Assembly: GCA_963675785.1 (NCBI GenBank)
Contig: OY776562.1
Coordinates: 1,856,001 to 1,920,000 of the forward strand
From: Anaerolineae bacterium
GTDB taxonomy: Bacteria; Chloroflexota; Anaerolineae; UBA1429
Direction of reading: 5' to 3'
DNA length: 64,000 nucleotides
Of this stretch, positions 29,551 through 38,781 are shown one piece after another. Each line of letters starts with the position of its first letter. Within the stretch, counting starts at the first letter, position 1. The notes under the pieces were generated by a model. The model was not told the origin of the DNA. It searched no databases and saw only the letters and a list, made by a program, of their open reading frames with translations. Position numbers and translations under genes: made by a program.

Positions 29551-30422
29551 GCACCGCCATCACGCAACAGCGCCTGGAAGAATTGCGTAACCTGCGCTGG
29601 TTTCGCCTGCCCGAATATCGTGTGCGTAGCGAGGCCCAGGCGCTGGCCTTTGTGGACGAGGTGGGCTTTGCTTTTTTGTTTGGCGAAAAAGGTGTCGATA
29701 TCCCCACGCTGTGGGGTGCGGTGTGCGGCGGCGAGCGCCCCGTACCCCAGAACCACGATGACCACGAACTGGGCATCACTTGGAATCTCAAGGATACGCT
29801 GCCCAGCAAAGGCCTCATCTATTACGGCAAGCTGCTGCGCAAAAAGCCCACGCTGGTGACGCTGGAGCTGCTGCCCACCTTTTACGCCCTCTCACCCAAT
29901 TACGGCGATGAAGAGGACTATTTGCTGCTCTACCAGGAGGGCAAACTGACCGCCGAGGCGCGCACCCTCTATGAGGTGCTGTTGACCAAAGGTAACGCCA
30001 TGCCCACCAGTCACTTGCGCCGCGAAGGCGGCATGGCCGGCGGCGAAAACGCCCGCCGTTTCGATCGGGCCATCGAAGAGCTGCAGGTGAACATGATGAT
30101 CGCCAAAGCGGGCATCTCGGATGCCAACCGCTGGGGCTATGCCTATGTGTACGACCTGTTCATCCGCCAGTACCCCAAGGTGCCCGAGCAAGCCCGCGAT
30201 ATCTCGACGGCAGCAGCCATGAAGACGCTACTAGTACGCTACCTGCACAACGTGGTAGCCGTGCCCGAAGCACAGGCCAAGCGCCTCTTTGCTTGGGAAG
30301 CCTGGGCCTGGGAGGATACGCTAGAACGCCTGGAGCGCGAGGAGACGCTGCTGCGGGATGTAGAGATCGAAGGCGTCAAGAGCAAGGGGTTGGTGTTGCG
30401 GGAGGATGTGAAGAGTGATTAG
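29547..30422 (+). CDS. AlkZ/YcaQ-related winged-helix protein (putative DNA glycosylase-like)
   Basis: ALAFVDEVGF, PTLW.AV.G, W..KD.LP..G..YYGKLLRKKP, FDRAIEELQ; ATGA overlap with etfA. Confidence 0.6.
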   Translation: MSTAITQQRLEELRNLRWFRLPEYRVRSEAQALAFVDEVGFAFLFGEKGVDIPTLWGAVCGGERPVPQNHDDHELGITWNLKDTLPSKGLIYYGKLLRKKPTLVTLELLPTFYALSPNYGDEEDYLLLYQEGKLTAEARTLYEVLLTKGNAMPTSHLRREGGMAGGENARRFDRAIEELQVNMMIAKAGISDANRWGYAYVYDLFIRQYPKVPEQARDISTAAAMKTLLVRYLHNVVAVPEAQAKRLFAWEAWAWEDTLERLEREETLLRDVEIEGVKSKGLVLREDVKSD

Positions 30423-30563
30423 TTAGCTTGAGACGATCACGAATACTTTGGCTACAACTAAAGTGTACCAGAAAACAACCAGAATAATGTTAAAGTATCT
30501 CGATCTCCTACTATTGATACATATTTATTCCAGTTGAGCTTATCTTTCTTTGATAACCAACTT

Positions 30564-30986
30564 CTACTCGGAACTCAGAGTAATCTTGTCCCTCAGGATT
30601 GAAAGACGATCGATAATTTCTGTGACAGCATCTTTCATCTGTTCATATGGAGAAAGCTCCTTATCACGTTCAGCAGCTAACGCACGTTTTCTAGCGGCTC
30701 CCGCGCTCTTCATAGAAGACCTATACTTCGAACCCAATAGAGTTCCCCCTAATCCAGGCTGGTATGTAGCTCCTTCAATTTGATCTCGATACCTGGCTCG
30801 AACTTGTTTGATTTCAGTTACAAGCTCTTTTTTCATAAGTCGCAGCTGTTTTTGAGCCAAACTGATTTGCTTTGTTGCTATCTTGGGATCGTCATCATGC
30901 TCAAACCCAAACTCTAGATTTCTTCCTTTTCTTGAGAGAGTTAAGCCAGGGATATCGTTAATCCTACTCATATACTCATTAAACAT
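30564..30986 (-). CDS. Hypothetical coiled-coil, Lys/Arg-rich protein (AT-rich)
   Basis: ORF with GGAGG RBS before ATG 30986; helical heptad character; visibly lower GC than its flanks. Confidence 0.6.
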   Translation of the reverse strand: MFNEYMSRINDIPGLTLSRKGRNLEFGFEHDDDPKIATKQISLAQKQLRLMKKELVTEIKQVRARYRDQIEGATYQPGLGGTLLGSKYRSSMKSAGAARKRALAAERDKELSPYEQMKDAVTEIIDRLSILRDKITLSSE

Positions 30987-31169
30987 GACTGTATCGTCCT
31001 CCCTGAAGATAATGGCTACATGCCTCCAGTCACTATTTCTATAGCCCAAGACATGTTACAGCTATGATGTTGAAAATCTTCCTTAACGATAGTTTTCGAT
31101 ACTCTGAACTACGGATCAGAGCAAAACCATCATACACAAAAAAGATGACTATTTCCAGAGAAAAGAACC

Positions 31170-31207
31170 CTGGAGGGCTCCTTTCATATATGAAAGGAGC
31201 CCTCCAG
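31170..31207. repeat. Perfect 38-bp palindrome
   Basis: ctggagggctcctttcata|tatgaaaggagccctccag is its own reverse complement. Confidence 0.9.
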
Positions 31208-31262
31208 CACTCGCTGAAAAAAACAGCTATCAGCACACCGCTTTGGTCATCTCCAAAACGCA

Positions 31263-31294
31263 CGAGAGCCCGGAATAATCCGGGCTCTTGTTTT
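31263..31294. terminator. Stem-loop, probable terminator downstream of the FAD oxidoreductase
   Basis: gagcccgga-ataa-tccgggctc followed by ttgtttt on +. Confidence 0.55.
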
Positions 31295-31361
31295 GCCTGG
31301 TATTGGGGCTTGCCGCAGAACGCGGATGTGGCGCACTCTGCGGGCACAATAGCTACGAGAG

Positions 31362-32861
31362 CTATTCCAGGCCCAATTCTGCCAATCTCTCCGCTCGGCC
31401 CAGAAACACGCCCTGTGAAACGAGCGTTCTCTGCAGTTCTCGGATGTTGATATCGCGCGGAGTGGTTCCGCTCAGCGCCGCTACGGCCGCAGCCGCACCA
31501 GCCGCCTGACCGGGCTTCATGCTGTTGGTGCCGCAGCGCAAAATGGGTTGTGGGATACAAGAGACAGACTTGCCGCTGCCCACCAGCAGATTCTCAACGC
31601 CCTGCGGCAGGATGATGCCGTAAGAGATGTCGATGAGACTGGGATTGAAGATACTACAGCCATCGGTGGTGAGTTCTCCACCCACTGATTCAGCCCGCAC
31701 CTTGCCCTTGTCGTCCTGGTCAAAGGGGTGATCCAAATAGCCATCACCACCCCAGGGGCAACCAGAGCGCACCGCCACGACATCATCAAAGTGCACGTCG
31801 TCCAGTGAATTGACAAGCTCGCTGGTCAAAGTGCTGACACCATCCAGGGCGCGACTGACGCGAATGCCCAAGTCCTGGGATATCTGAGAGACATGGGCGT
31901 TCTTGAAACCAGGCAGGGTTTTTTTGTAGAAATCGGCCACATAGTACACCAGGCGGGTCATCTCTAGCTCGGCCTCTGAAGTAGCCTTAGGATCGAGAGA
32001 CTCCAAGCGCCAGAGCATCGAGTTGATGGAAACATCGCCAAGCTTTTTCAGGCCGATGAGACAGGTCATATCCAGTCCAAAGGCTTTGCCCATTTTCTTG
32101 CTGTACTCACCGCGAGCGATGCCCTCCTGGACGAGGTCCCATTTACGACCACCGCGATGGGGAAAGTACATTTTGCCGTACTCGATATTGGCCGCAAAGT
32201 CACCCAAGCCACGGATGCCGTCGTGCCCAATGGGGAAAGCTTCGGGCTTTTCTTGAAAATAAGCCAGGGTCTCATCGAAATTCACATTGGACATCTTGAA
32301 AGCCAACGTGCAGGTACCCTGGGTCTCGCGCATGGGGCAGCCAGTCTGATAAGCCAGGTCGGCCTCGCCGGTGCAGTCCACAGTTACGCGGGCCTTGATT
32401 ATCTTGCGGCCGGTCTTGGTCTCGATATAGACGCCCTCGACCAAATTGCCATCCATTACTGGCCGCGTGGCCAACACATGGGTGAGGATGGTAACGCCAG
32501 CTTGCTGCAGCAGGTCAATGAGCACCACCTTGAGTTTTTGCTCATCAAAGACCATCTTGCTGTAGGGTTCGTTCCAGTTGGCCTCAGCCCCATCATAGGC
32601 TACCAGCGTATCCATGATCTCGCGGGGGATGCCGTCAACCAAATGGCGCCCTTCGACGTCAAAGCGCGAATTCACAAAGTTGGGGATGATGTTACTGACC
32701 AGCACGCCACCCAGGCAACCATTTCGCTCGATGAGCATAGTTTTAGCGCCCGCGCGAGCCGCAGCGAGGGCGGCTGTACAGCCAGCAATTCCGCCACCCG
32801 CCACCAGCACATCAACCGAATCGTAAACGGGGATATCACGCGATAATTCTTTGATAGACAT
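31362..32861 (-). CDS. FAD-dependent oxidoreductase (FAD_oxidored family)
   Basis: DVLVAGGGIAG, IERNGCLGG, VDCTGEADLA, ENLLVGSG and GQAAGAAAA; AAGGAG RBS before ATG 32861. Confidence 0.88.
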   Translation of the reverse strand: MSIKELSRDIPVYDSVDVLVAGGGIAGCTAALAAARAGAKTMLIERNGCLGGVLVSNIIPNFVNSRFDVEGRHLVDGIPREIMDTLVAYDGAEANWNEPYSKMVFDEQKLKVVLIDLLQQAGVTILTHVLATRPVMDGNLVEGVYIETKTGRKIIKARVTVDCTGEADLAYQTGCPMRETQGTCTLAFKMSNVNFDETLAYFQEKPEAFPIGHDGIRGLGDFAANIEYGKMYFPHRGGRKWDLVQEGIARGEYSKKMGKAFGLDMTCLIGLKKLGDVSINSMLWRLESLDPKATSEAELEMTRLVYYVADFYKKTLPGFKNAHVSQISQDLGIRVSRALDGVSTLTSELVNSLDDVHFDDVVAVRSGCPWGGDGYLDHPFDQDDKGKVRAESVGGELTTDGCSIFNPSLIDISYGIILPQGVENLLVGSGKSVSCIPQPILRCGTNSMKPGQAAGAAAAVAALSGTTPRDINIRELQRTLVSQGVFLGRAERLAELGLE

Positions 32862-32898
32862 GGAAAACACTCCTTTGGATGATTTACATACAGTATGG

Positions 32899-32924
32899 AT
32901 GGGGCCTGCATCTACAGGCCCCAT
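32899..32924. promoter_or_regulatory. Intercistronic stem-loop after the SBP gene (possible mRNA stabiliser or partial terminator)
   Basis: atggggcctg-catcta-caggccccat with no U-tract. Confidence 0.5.
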
Positions 32925-32935
32925 TCTCACAAGCA

Positions 32936-34969
32936 CTAGAGCACATGAGAATCTGGGTCATCCCAAAAGAGTGTCTGGATGGGGCAAATTGATTCATCTT
33001 TGGTGGAACCAGAATCAATGGTGATATCTTCGGAATAGCCTCCTAGACCATTTTTGACGATCAAAATGGAAGGCAGTTCACCCAGCATACCAACCATGGG
33101 TAGCTGTTCACGCCAAATGTCGAGAATACCCTGGAAGAGCTCATTTTGCCCTTCTTCGGAACTCGTGACTTTGATCTGATCCCGGATGTTCCAGATATCC
33201 CAAATCCAGTGATCTGCAGGGGGCTCCTCAGCATTGGGGTCGGTGGGGTCGATGGAATAGAGCGCCCAGGCACCAGCCCACGCATGATCCTGGCGGGTGC
33301 CGTCGAACACGGTCATTTCCTGAATAGGTAACAGTGTCCAGGCGTTCCACGATGGGAAGCAAGCGTCGGTATCGTTGGCCGCAAAGTGCTCCTCCACCAA
33401 CGAGCGCTCCGAATACTTGTAGACGCACTTGATACCTACCTCACCGAGATAATTGGTGGTGAGGTTGGCACAATCTTCCCAGGAAGATCCTTGATCGAGA
33501 TAGCCCTCGATGCTGAAAAAGATCGTGTCGCCGCTGCCGTCAGGGTAAACGCGATAGCCCTCAGCATCACGCTCATTGTAACCTGCCTCATCCAGCAAGC
33601 GGTTGGCCTGATCGACATCATAATCGACGTAATTCGATGAAAGATCAGGGTCATAGTTGGGCGATGTGGGCAGGGGACTGTATTGACGCGGTGTAGCTAG
33701 GCCGTCAAAGGCCAGTTCGTTCATGGTGTCACGGTCGATAGCCAGCGACATAGCCTTGCGTACATCGAGCGTGTTAAAGAAGGTGCGTAGACGCTCGTTC
33801 TTGGTAGTGAGGTTTGGCAGCAAACAAACGTGCTTGGTGCCAGCCACCGCAGCCACCTTGAAATCACCAGTCTCTTCACCCTCTTTAAAGGGGGTAAAGT
33901 TGGCAATATCCATATGGCGGGCCTGATAGTCAATCTCGCCATTCATCACCCACATGTTCATGGTATCGACGCTCTCGAACAGGCGGTGTGTCATGGTATC
34001 GACATAGGGAAGCTGGACGCCGTTGGCATCGACTTCATAGAAATAGGGGTTGCGCTCTAGTATGTAGAGTTCTTGGGCCATGGTGTTGAACGAGATAAAT
34101 GGATATTGGGTTGGCCGGCCTGCATTGGTCCACCACTGATCCTGAGCCATATACAATTGCTGCCACGTCTCAAAGCCAGCCTCGGCAACCATAGCATCCA
34201 AATCCGCCTCTTTAGCAAAACTGCCATGAAACTGCTTCATGTAATGGGCGGGTGAATAAGGCTGGCGCAGTGTCGCAGTGGGGATGTAGAGGGGGTTGGG
34301 ATCGGCAAACTTGTAGACCACGGTATACTCGTCAGGAACCGAGAACTCGGGTAGAACGCTGTCTGCACCAGTTTTGAGAAATGCTGCATCGCCCGCGAGA
34401 ATAGTCTCATCGACCAACGCGCAATCCTCGAAAAAGTAACGAAAATCCTCACTGGTAAAGGGCTCGCCATCAGACCACTTTTGGCCTTTGCGCAAGTACA
34501 AGGTTAATTCGGTGGCATCGTCACTGTAAGACCATGACTCGATGATCTCGGGGCGAAGGGTCATATCTGCGTTATAGAACACCAGGCCGACACCAGCGAT
34601 CTTGCGGACGCCCCAACGGTCAGAAACGCCGTTGAAAGCACGGCGGATGTTGCCACCCACATTGCCCAGCCCAAAAGGCGTAGGGCAAACGAGCGGCTCT
34701 TCAGGTAGACGATCCTCAATAGCCGGGAGCACTCCGCTGGCGACACGCTCTGAGAGATAGGGAGACTCGATATACAGCGAGGTCGGCACAGCGGTAGGCT
34801 CCGGTGTGGCTGTTGCCTCAGAAACTCCTGATGCCGTGGTAGGCTCTGGCGTAGATGTAGGCGCTTCAGTGGGAGCAGGGGTCGCTGTGGGCTGGCTGCA
34901 GGCAGCTACCACACCAGCAGATAAGGACAAGGTCGTGAGACGGATAAACTCTCTTCTTCCAACTTTCAC
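32936..34969 (-). CDS. ABC transporter substrate-binding lipoprotein, family 5 (peptide/oligosaccharide), Tat-exported
   Basis: GTG 34969 with GGAGGT RBS; twin-arginine GRREFI, lipobox VAAC, PT linker, LPAIEDRLPEEP, KWSDGEPFTSED and RNPYFYEVD..QLPYVD. Confidence 0.88.
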   Translation of the reverse strand: MKVGRREFIRLTTLSLSAGVVAACSQPTATPAPTEAPTSTPEPTTASGVSEATATPEPTAVPTSLYIESPYLSERVASGVLPAIEDRLPEEPLVCPTPFGLGNVGGNIRRAFNGVSDRWGVRKIAGVGLVFYNADMTLRPEIIESWSYSDDATELTLYLRKGQKWSDGEPFTSEDFRYFFEDCALVDETILAGDAAFLKTGADSVLPEFSVPDEYTVVYKFADPNPLYIPTATLRQPYSPAHYMKQFHGSFAKEADLDAMVAEAGFETWQQLYMAQDQWWTNAGRPTQYPFISFNTMAQELYILERNPYFYEVDANGVQLPYVDTMTHRLFESVDTMNMWVMNGEIDYQARHMDIANFTPFKEGEETGDFKVAAVAGTKHVCLLPNLTTKNERLRTFFNTLDVRKAMSLAIDRDTMNELAFDGLATPRQYSPLPTSPNYDPDLSSNYVDYDVDQANRLLDEAGYNERDAEGYRVYPDGSGDTIFFSIEGYLDQGSSWEDCANLTTNYLGEVGIKCVYKYSERSLVEEHFAANDTDACFPSWNAWTLLPIQEMTVFDGTRQDHAWAGAWALYSIDPTDPNAEEPPADHWIWDIWNIRDQIKVTSSEEGQNELFQGILDIWREQLPMVGMLGELPSILIVKNGLGGYSEDITIDSGSTKDESICPIQTLFWDDPDSHVL

Positions 34970-35144
34970 GTGTGTACCTCCTAGAAAAGCTCTGCGAATA
35001 GAAAGCCAGACCTCTTTCCTGCTCTCCTTTCTCAGGCGATACACATCTTGCTGATTCTTGCAGTCTATAGTAGAATAATACAGCAAGGTGTCGCCTGACA
35101 CTCTGTGCGGACGCTGTGCGAGCAACTCTAGTCGGGGAACTCGC

Positions 35145-35846
35145 TCAGCGTCTTTCTTGTATTTGAGCAACCCTCTTGAGATGGTCATCAAGGCCGGTTA
35201 GGTTGTGCTTTCTGGCTTGCCGCTCAGTTTCCTCTACATCACCGCTAGCAATGGCCGTGAGCATCGTCCGATGTTCAGCCCTGGCATCCATGGCACGTTC
35301 GTTCGTCATCGGGTCTAGTCCGTAATAAACCGCTATACGACGCCAGTTCTGCTGCAAAATTTTTAAGAATAATGTGAGCATGGGCACTTCAGAGAGTTCG
35401 CCCATGGTGACATGGAATTGAAAGTTTTGCAGTGTGAATCGCTCCATATCGTTCGCAGAAATAGATTCATCCATCTCTGTCATCTCTTGCTCAAGAACCT
35501 TGAGCTTTTCCGACGTACAAGTGCGGCAGACGGCCTTAGCCGCCAGTACCTGTAATTCGCCCGATATGGCAAAATAGTCGACTATGGTAGAGGGAGAGAT
35601 AGGCGCAACGACCGCCCCTTCATGGGGGGTGGATATCACCAACCCTTCAACCTGCAATTGCAGGAGCGCCTCTCGTACCGGAACACGGCTTAGCCCCAGC
35701 TCGCCAGCCAAGTCGTCCAGTATGAGCCGTTCGCCCGGCGCCAGCTCGCAAGAGATAATCATCTCGCGCAGTTCGTGTAGCACCCACTCTTGTTTGGTAG
35801 AAAAGCGCTTTATGTGTTTGCTCCGCCCCATTGTGTTACGCGTCAC
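35145..35846 (-). CDS. GntR family transcriptional regulator (FadR/FCD type)
   Basis: LAPGERL..DLAGELGLSRVPVREAL..L..EGLV; FCD domain with NFQFH and EH; start GTG 35846 or ATG 35831. Confidence 0.9.
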   Translation of the reverse strand: MTRNTMGRSKHIKRFSTKQEWVLHELREMIISCELAPGERLILDDLAGELGLSRVPVREALLQLQVEGLVISTPHEGAVVAPISPSTIVDYFAISGELQVLAAKAVCRTCTSEKLKVLEQEMTEMDESISANDMERFTLQNFQFHVTMGELSEVPMLTLFLKILQQNWRRIAVYYGLDPMTNERAMDARAEHRTMLTAIASGDVEETERQARKHNLTGLDDHLKRVAQIQERR

Positions 35847-35860
35847 GCTGCCTCTCTTTC

Positions 35861-35908
35861 TGTATATATTATATTTTATAAAATATAATATATACAATTT
35901 TTTGTCAA
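35861..35908 (-). promoter_or_regulatory. GntR promoter with overlapping 36-bp perfect palindromic operator
   Basis: tgtatatattatatttta|taaaatataatatataca (35861-35896); TTGACA at 35908-35903 with a TATTTT -10 at 17 bp spacing. Confidence 0.75.
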
Positions 35909-35927
35909 GCACACCAGACAGATTTTG

Positions 35928-35970
35928 AATAAAAAAGGTGGATCAGATTTCTCTGACCCACCCTTTTATT
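35928..35970 (-). terminator. Intrinsic terminator after the small Gly/Arg-rich gene
   Basis: Minus strand gggtgggtcaga-gaaa-tctgatccacc followed by tttttt. Confidence 0.75.
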
Positions 35971-35998
35971 CATTTACCCATTGGGCGATCTACAGATG

Positions 35999-36226
35999 TT
36001 ACAGAACAACTATCAGCACGCCGCCAACAACCAACAGGGCCACAAGGGTCGGGATTAGGCAACCCCACAAACGCGGGAAACAACCGCGCCGATAACCATA
36101 ACCACCGTACATGGGCGGCCGCATCATCGGCCGTCTATGAAAACCACCTGGCCTACCACCAAACCCGCCACCACCACCCATCGGCCCATGACCACCCGGA
36201 CGAGGCCCCATCTTGCCTTTAGGCAT
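35999..36226 (-). CDS. Small Gly/Arg/Pro-rich membrane protein (75 aa)
   Basis: AAGGAG RBS, its own terminator, low-complexity N-terminus and C-terminal TM helix. Confidence 0.65.
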   Translation of the reverse strand: MPKGKMGPRPGGHGPMGGGGGFGGRPGGFHRRPMMRPPMYGGYGYRRGCFPRLWGCLIPTLVALLVVGGVLIVVL

Positions 36227-36333
36227 CTATGTCTCCTTCAAACCTTGGCAGTCCCTGCTGCCTGTTCCATCGCATTCATCTATTATACGCTGGAGCAGGC
36301 GGCCTGGTTGCTGAGGTTCGATGAGCCACCACA

Positions 36334-37737
36334 CTAGCCTTTGCCGATGCCCCAATCGCGACTGCTGGATTTGCAGGTGTGTTCCGTCACGCCGCCCACC
36401 CACTTGACCGTGAGCCAACGCGAACCGCTCGTCTCGGGCGGAAGCCCTCCAGGGCCAGCGCCCTTGGAGCAAAAGTGCTCCCAATAACCCTCGGGGCACT
36501 TGACCATGCCGCTCAGAATGGGATCATCCGTCTCTTCCAAATAGGCCTGCAGTTTATCGCGCAACTCCGCCTCGATGGCGGCATATTCGGGCGCGCCAGA
36601 CAGGTTGTTACGCTCATTGGGGTCGTTCTGCAGGTCGTAAAACTCCCACTCGGGACGCTCCCAACTGCGCAGGGTCTCGCGCATCACATCCACCGTGGGC
36701 GTATTGAGAATGTCGGCGGCAAGCTGTAGACCGGGACCCGGCTCGTAATTGTGGATGAGCTTCCAACAGTCAGTGCGAATAGAGCGAAGGGGCTCGTAAA
36801 AATCGTGCCAGGTCTGCTCCGCATAGACATAGTCGTGGCCCACGTCTTCGCCTGCGGCGGCATAGGGCCAAAGGCTGTGGCCATCACAGGGATCGGGGAT
36901 CGCCTCAGCGGCACCAACGGCATCCAGAATCGTAGGCATGAGGTCACAGTTGGCCGTGAGTCCCATAAAGCGTCGTCCGCCCTCGATATGGCCCTTCCAG
37001 CTCAACACCAGGGGAATCTTTAGCCCGGGATCATAGAGGGTGCCCTTAGCCAGGGGCATGCCGATGCCGTGATCAGAAGTATAGATGATGAGGGTGTCCT
37101 CTAGCAGGCCCAACTCGGCAGCAGCGTCCAGCACCTTGCCAGCGGCGGCATCCATACGGCGCACGCCACTGTAGAATTTGACCATCTCATCGCGAATGAT
37201 GGGGTCATCAGGTAGATAGCCCGGCAGGGTAATGGCCTCGGGATCCTGCAATTCGGGCCAATCGACGTTGTAAGGGCGATGCGGGCGATTGAATCCCACC
37301 ATCAGAAAGAAGGGGCTGTTGGGGTCGCGCTCACGCATGTAGCGAATGCCCGATTCAGCCGAATTCTCGGGCGTATCCTCCTGGCTGCCCACATCGATGC
37401 CACGGTCGTAAAAATCGGCGCTGATGTGCCAGGTACCGTAACAGGCAGTATGATAGCCCAGCGTTTTGAGCACCGCCGGCAGCGTGGGCACCTCAGGGCG
37501 CACCTCCCAATGGCCGCCAGAGGCCAAAGCCATGAGGCCGTTGCGATGGGGCATGAGCCCGGTGAGCATGGTGCCACGGCTGGGGCTGCAGGTGGGCGAG
37601 GCGGCGAAATATTGGTCAAAGATGACGCCCTCGGCGGCAAAGCGCGCCAAATTGGGCGCAATGGCCGAGTTTCCCGGATAGAACGGCAAGTGATCGCCAA
37701 TATCATGACAGTTCAACAAAAGGATATTTGGTCTCAT
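36334..37737 (-). CDS. Sulfatase (N-sulfoglucosamine sulfohydrolase-like)
   Basis: RPNILLL..HD, CSPSR formylglycine motif, LTG..PHRNG, SDHG, AKGTLYD and YDLQNDPNE. Confidence 0.92.
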   Translation of the reverse strand: MRPNILLLNCHDIGDHLPFYPGNSAIAPNLARFAAEGVIFDQYFAASPTCSPSRGTMLTGLMPHRNGLMALASGGHWEVRPEVPTLPAVLKTLGYHTACYGTWHISADFYDRGIDVGSQEDTPENSAESGIRYMRERDPNSPFFLMVGFNRPHRPYNVDWPELQDPEAITLPGYLPDDPIIRDEMVKFYSGVRRMDAAAGKVLDAAAELGLLEDTLIIYTSDHGIGMPLAKGTLYDPGLKIPLVLSWKGHIEGGRRFMGLTANCDLMPTILDAVGAAEAIPDPCDGHSLWPYAAAGEDVGHDYVYAEQTWHDFYEPLRSIRTDCWKLIHNYEPGPGLQLAADILNTPTVDVMRETLRSWERPEWEFYDLQNDPNERNNLSGAPEYAAIEAELRDKLQAYLEETDDPILSGMVKCPEGYWEHFCSKGAGPGGLPPETSGSRWLTVKWVGGVTEHTCKSSSRDWGIGKG

Positions 37738-37886
37738 CGTTCCCCCTTATCAAAGACCCAATGCGATGAGGCATGGTAGCAAACAATGTGATGGAACGCC
37801 AGCATCCAAACAATTGCGGATCAGGACATGGTCAGAAAATGCTTGCTGTGTTAAAATGCCGCCCGATAGATTGAATGAGGTGAGAG

Positions 37887-38726
37887 ATGGAAAAAGATAT
37901 GGCTCGGCCCTTGGCCGGACGAGTCGCCTGGGTTACCGGCTCTTCGCGGGGCATTGGCTTTGGCATTACCGAGCATCTGGCTGAGCTGGGCGCAGCTGTC
38001 ACTGTGCACGGTTCACGCCCAAATTCGCCGGCCGCCTTTGGCGAGGGCGATACACTGGAATCGGTAGCAGAGAACATCGCGAGCAAAACCGGCTCGCGCG
38101 TACTGCCTCTTTGCGCTGATCTGACCCGTCCCGAGATGGTGCACCAGGCCGCAGAAACCATTCGCCAAAAGCTGGGCCCCATCGACATTCTGGTGAACTG
38201 CGCAGGTGGAGACATCGGCCACCGAGGGCCAACCGCGCCGCTGGCCGGCAAGCCGGAGGGCAACGATGCCATTGGCATTAGCTATGAGGACCTGGACGTG
38301 GTGCTCAAGCGCAACCTGTACACCTGTATCCTCTGCTGCCAGGAGGTGGCACCAGAGATGATGGCCCGCAAGAGCGGCCGTATCGTTAACATCGGCAGCA
38401 TCGCCGGGCTATTCGGCCACGCCGGTTCGGCTATCTATTCCACCGCCAAAGCCGCCGTGCACGAATACACCCGCTGCCTGGCCGACCAACTGCGCCCCTA
38501 TGACGTGGCCGCCAACGTCATCGCCCCCGGCGACATCCTCACCGGTCGTTTTGCCAACAGCCGCGAGACCGACGAGGCCCTCAAGGTTTCCGAAGGCACG
38601 ATGGTGCGTTACGGCACCCCCCTCGATATCGCCAAGGCCGTGGCCTTTTTGGCCAGCCAGGAAACTACCTACATCACTGGGCAGGTGCTCCGTGTGGATG
38701 GCGGCCTGCAGACCTTTCCCGCATAG
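37887..38726 (+). CDS. SDR family NAD(P)-dependent oxidoreductase
   Basis: VTGSSRGIG, DILVNCAG, NIGS, YSTAK and ITGQVLRVDGG. Confidence 0.93.
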   Translation: MEKDMARPLAGRVAWVTGSSRGIGFGITEHLAELGAAVTVHGSRPNSPAAFGEGDTLESVAENIASKTGSRVLPLCADLTRPEMVHQAAETIRQKLGPIDILVNCAGGDIGHRGPTAPLAGKPEGNDAIGISYEDLDVVLKRNLYTCILCCQEVAPEMMARKSGRIVNIGSIAGLFGHAGSAIYSTAKAAVHEYTRCLADQLRPYDVAANVIAPGDILTGRFANSRETDEALKVSEGTMVRYGTPLDIAKAVAFLASQETTYITGQVLRVDGGLQTFPA

Positions 38727-38730
38727 AAGA

Positions 38731-38768
38731 AACGCCGGTTAGCCCAGTGATTCAGGCTGACCGGCGTT
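38731..38768. terminator. Stem-loop between convergent genes
   Basis: aacgccggttagcc-N10-ggctgaccggcgtt. Confidence 0.6.
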
Positions 38769-38781
38769 ACTATTTCTCGTA

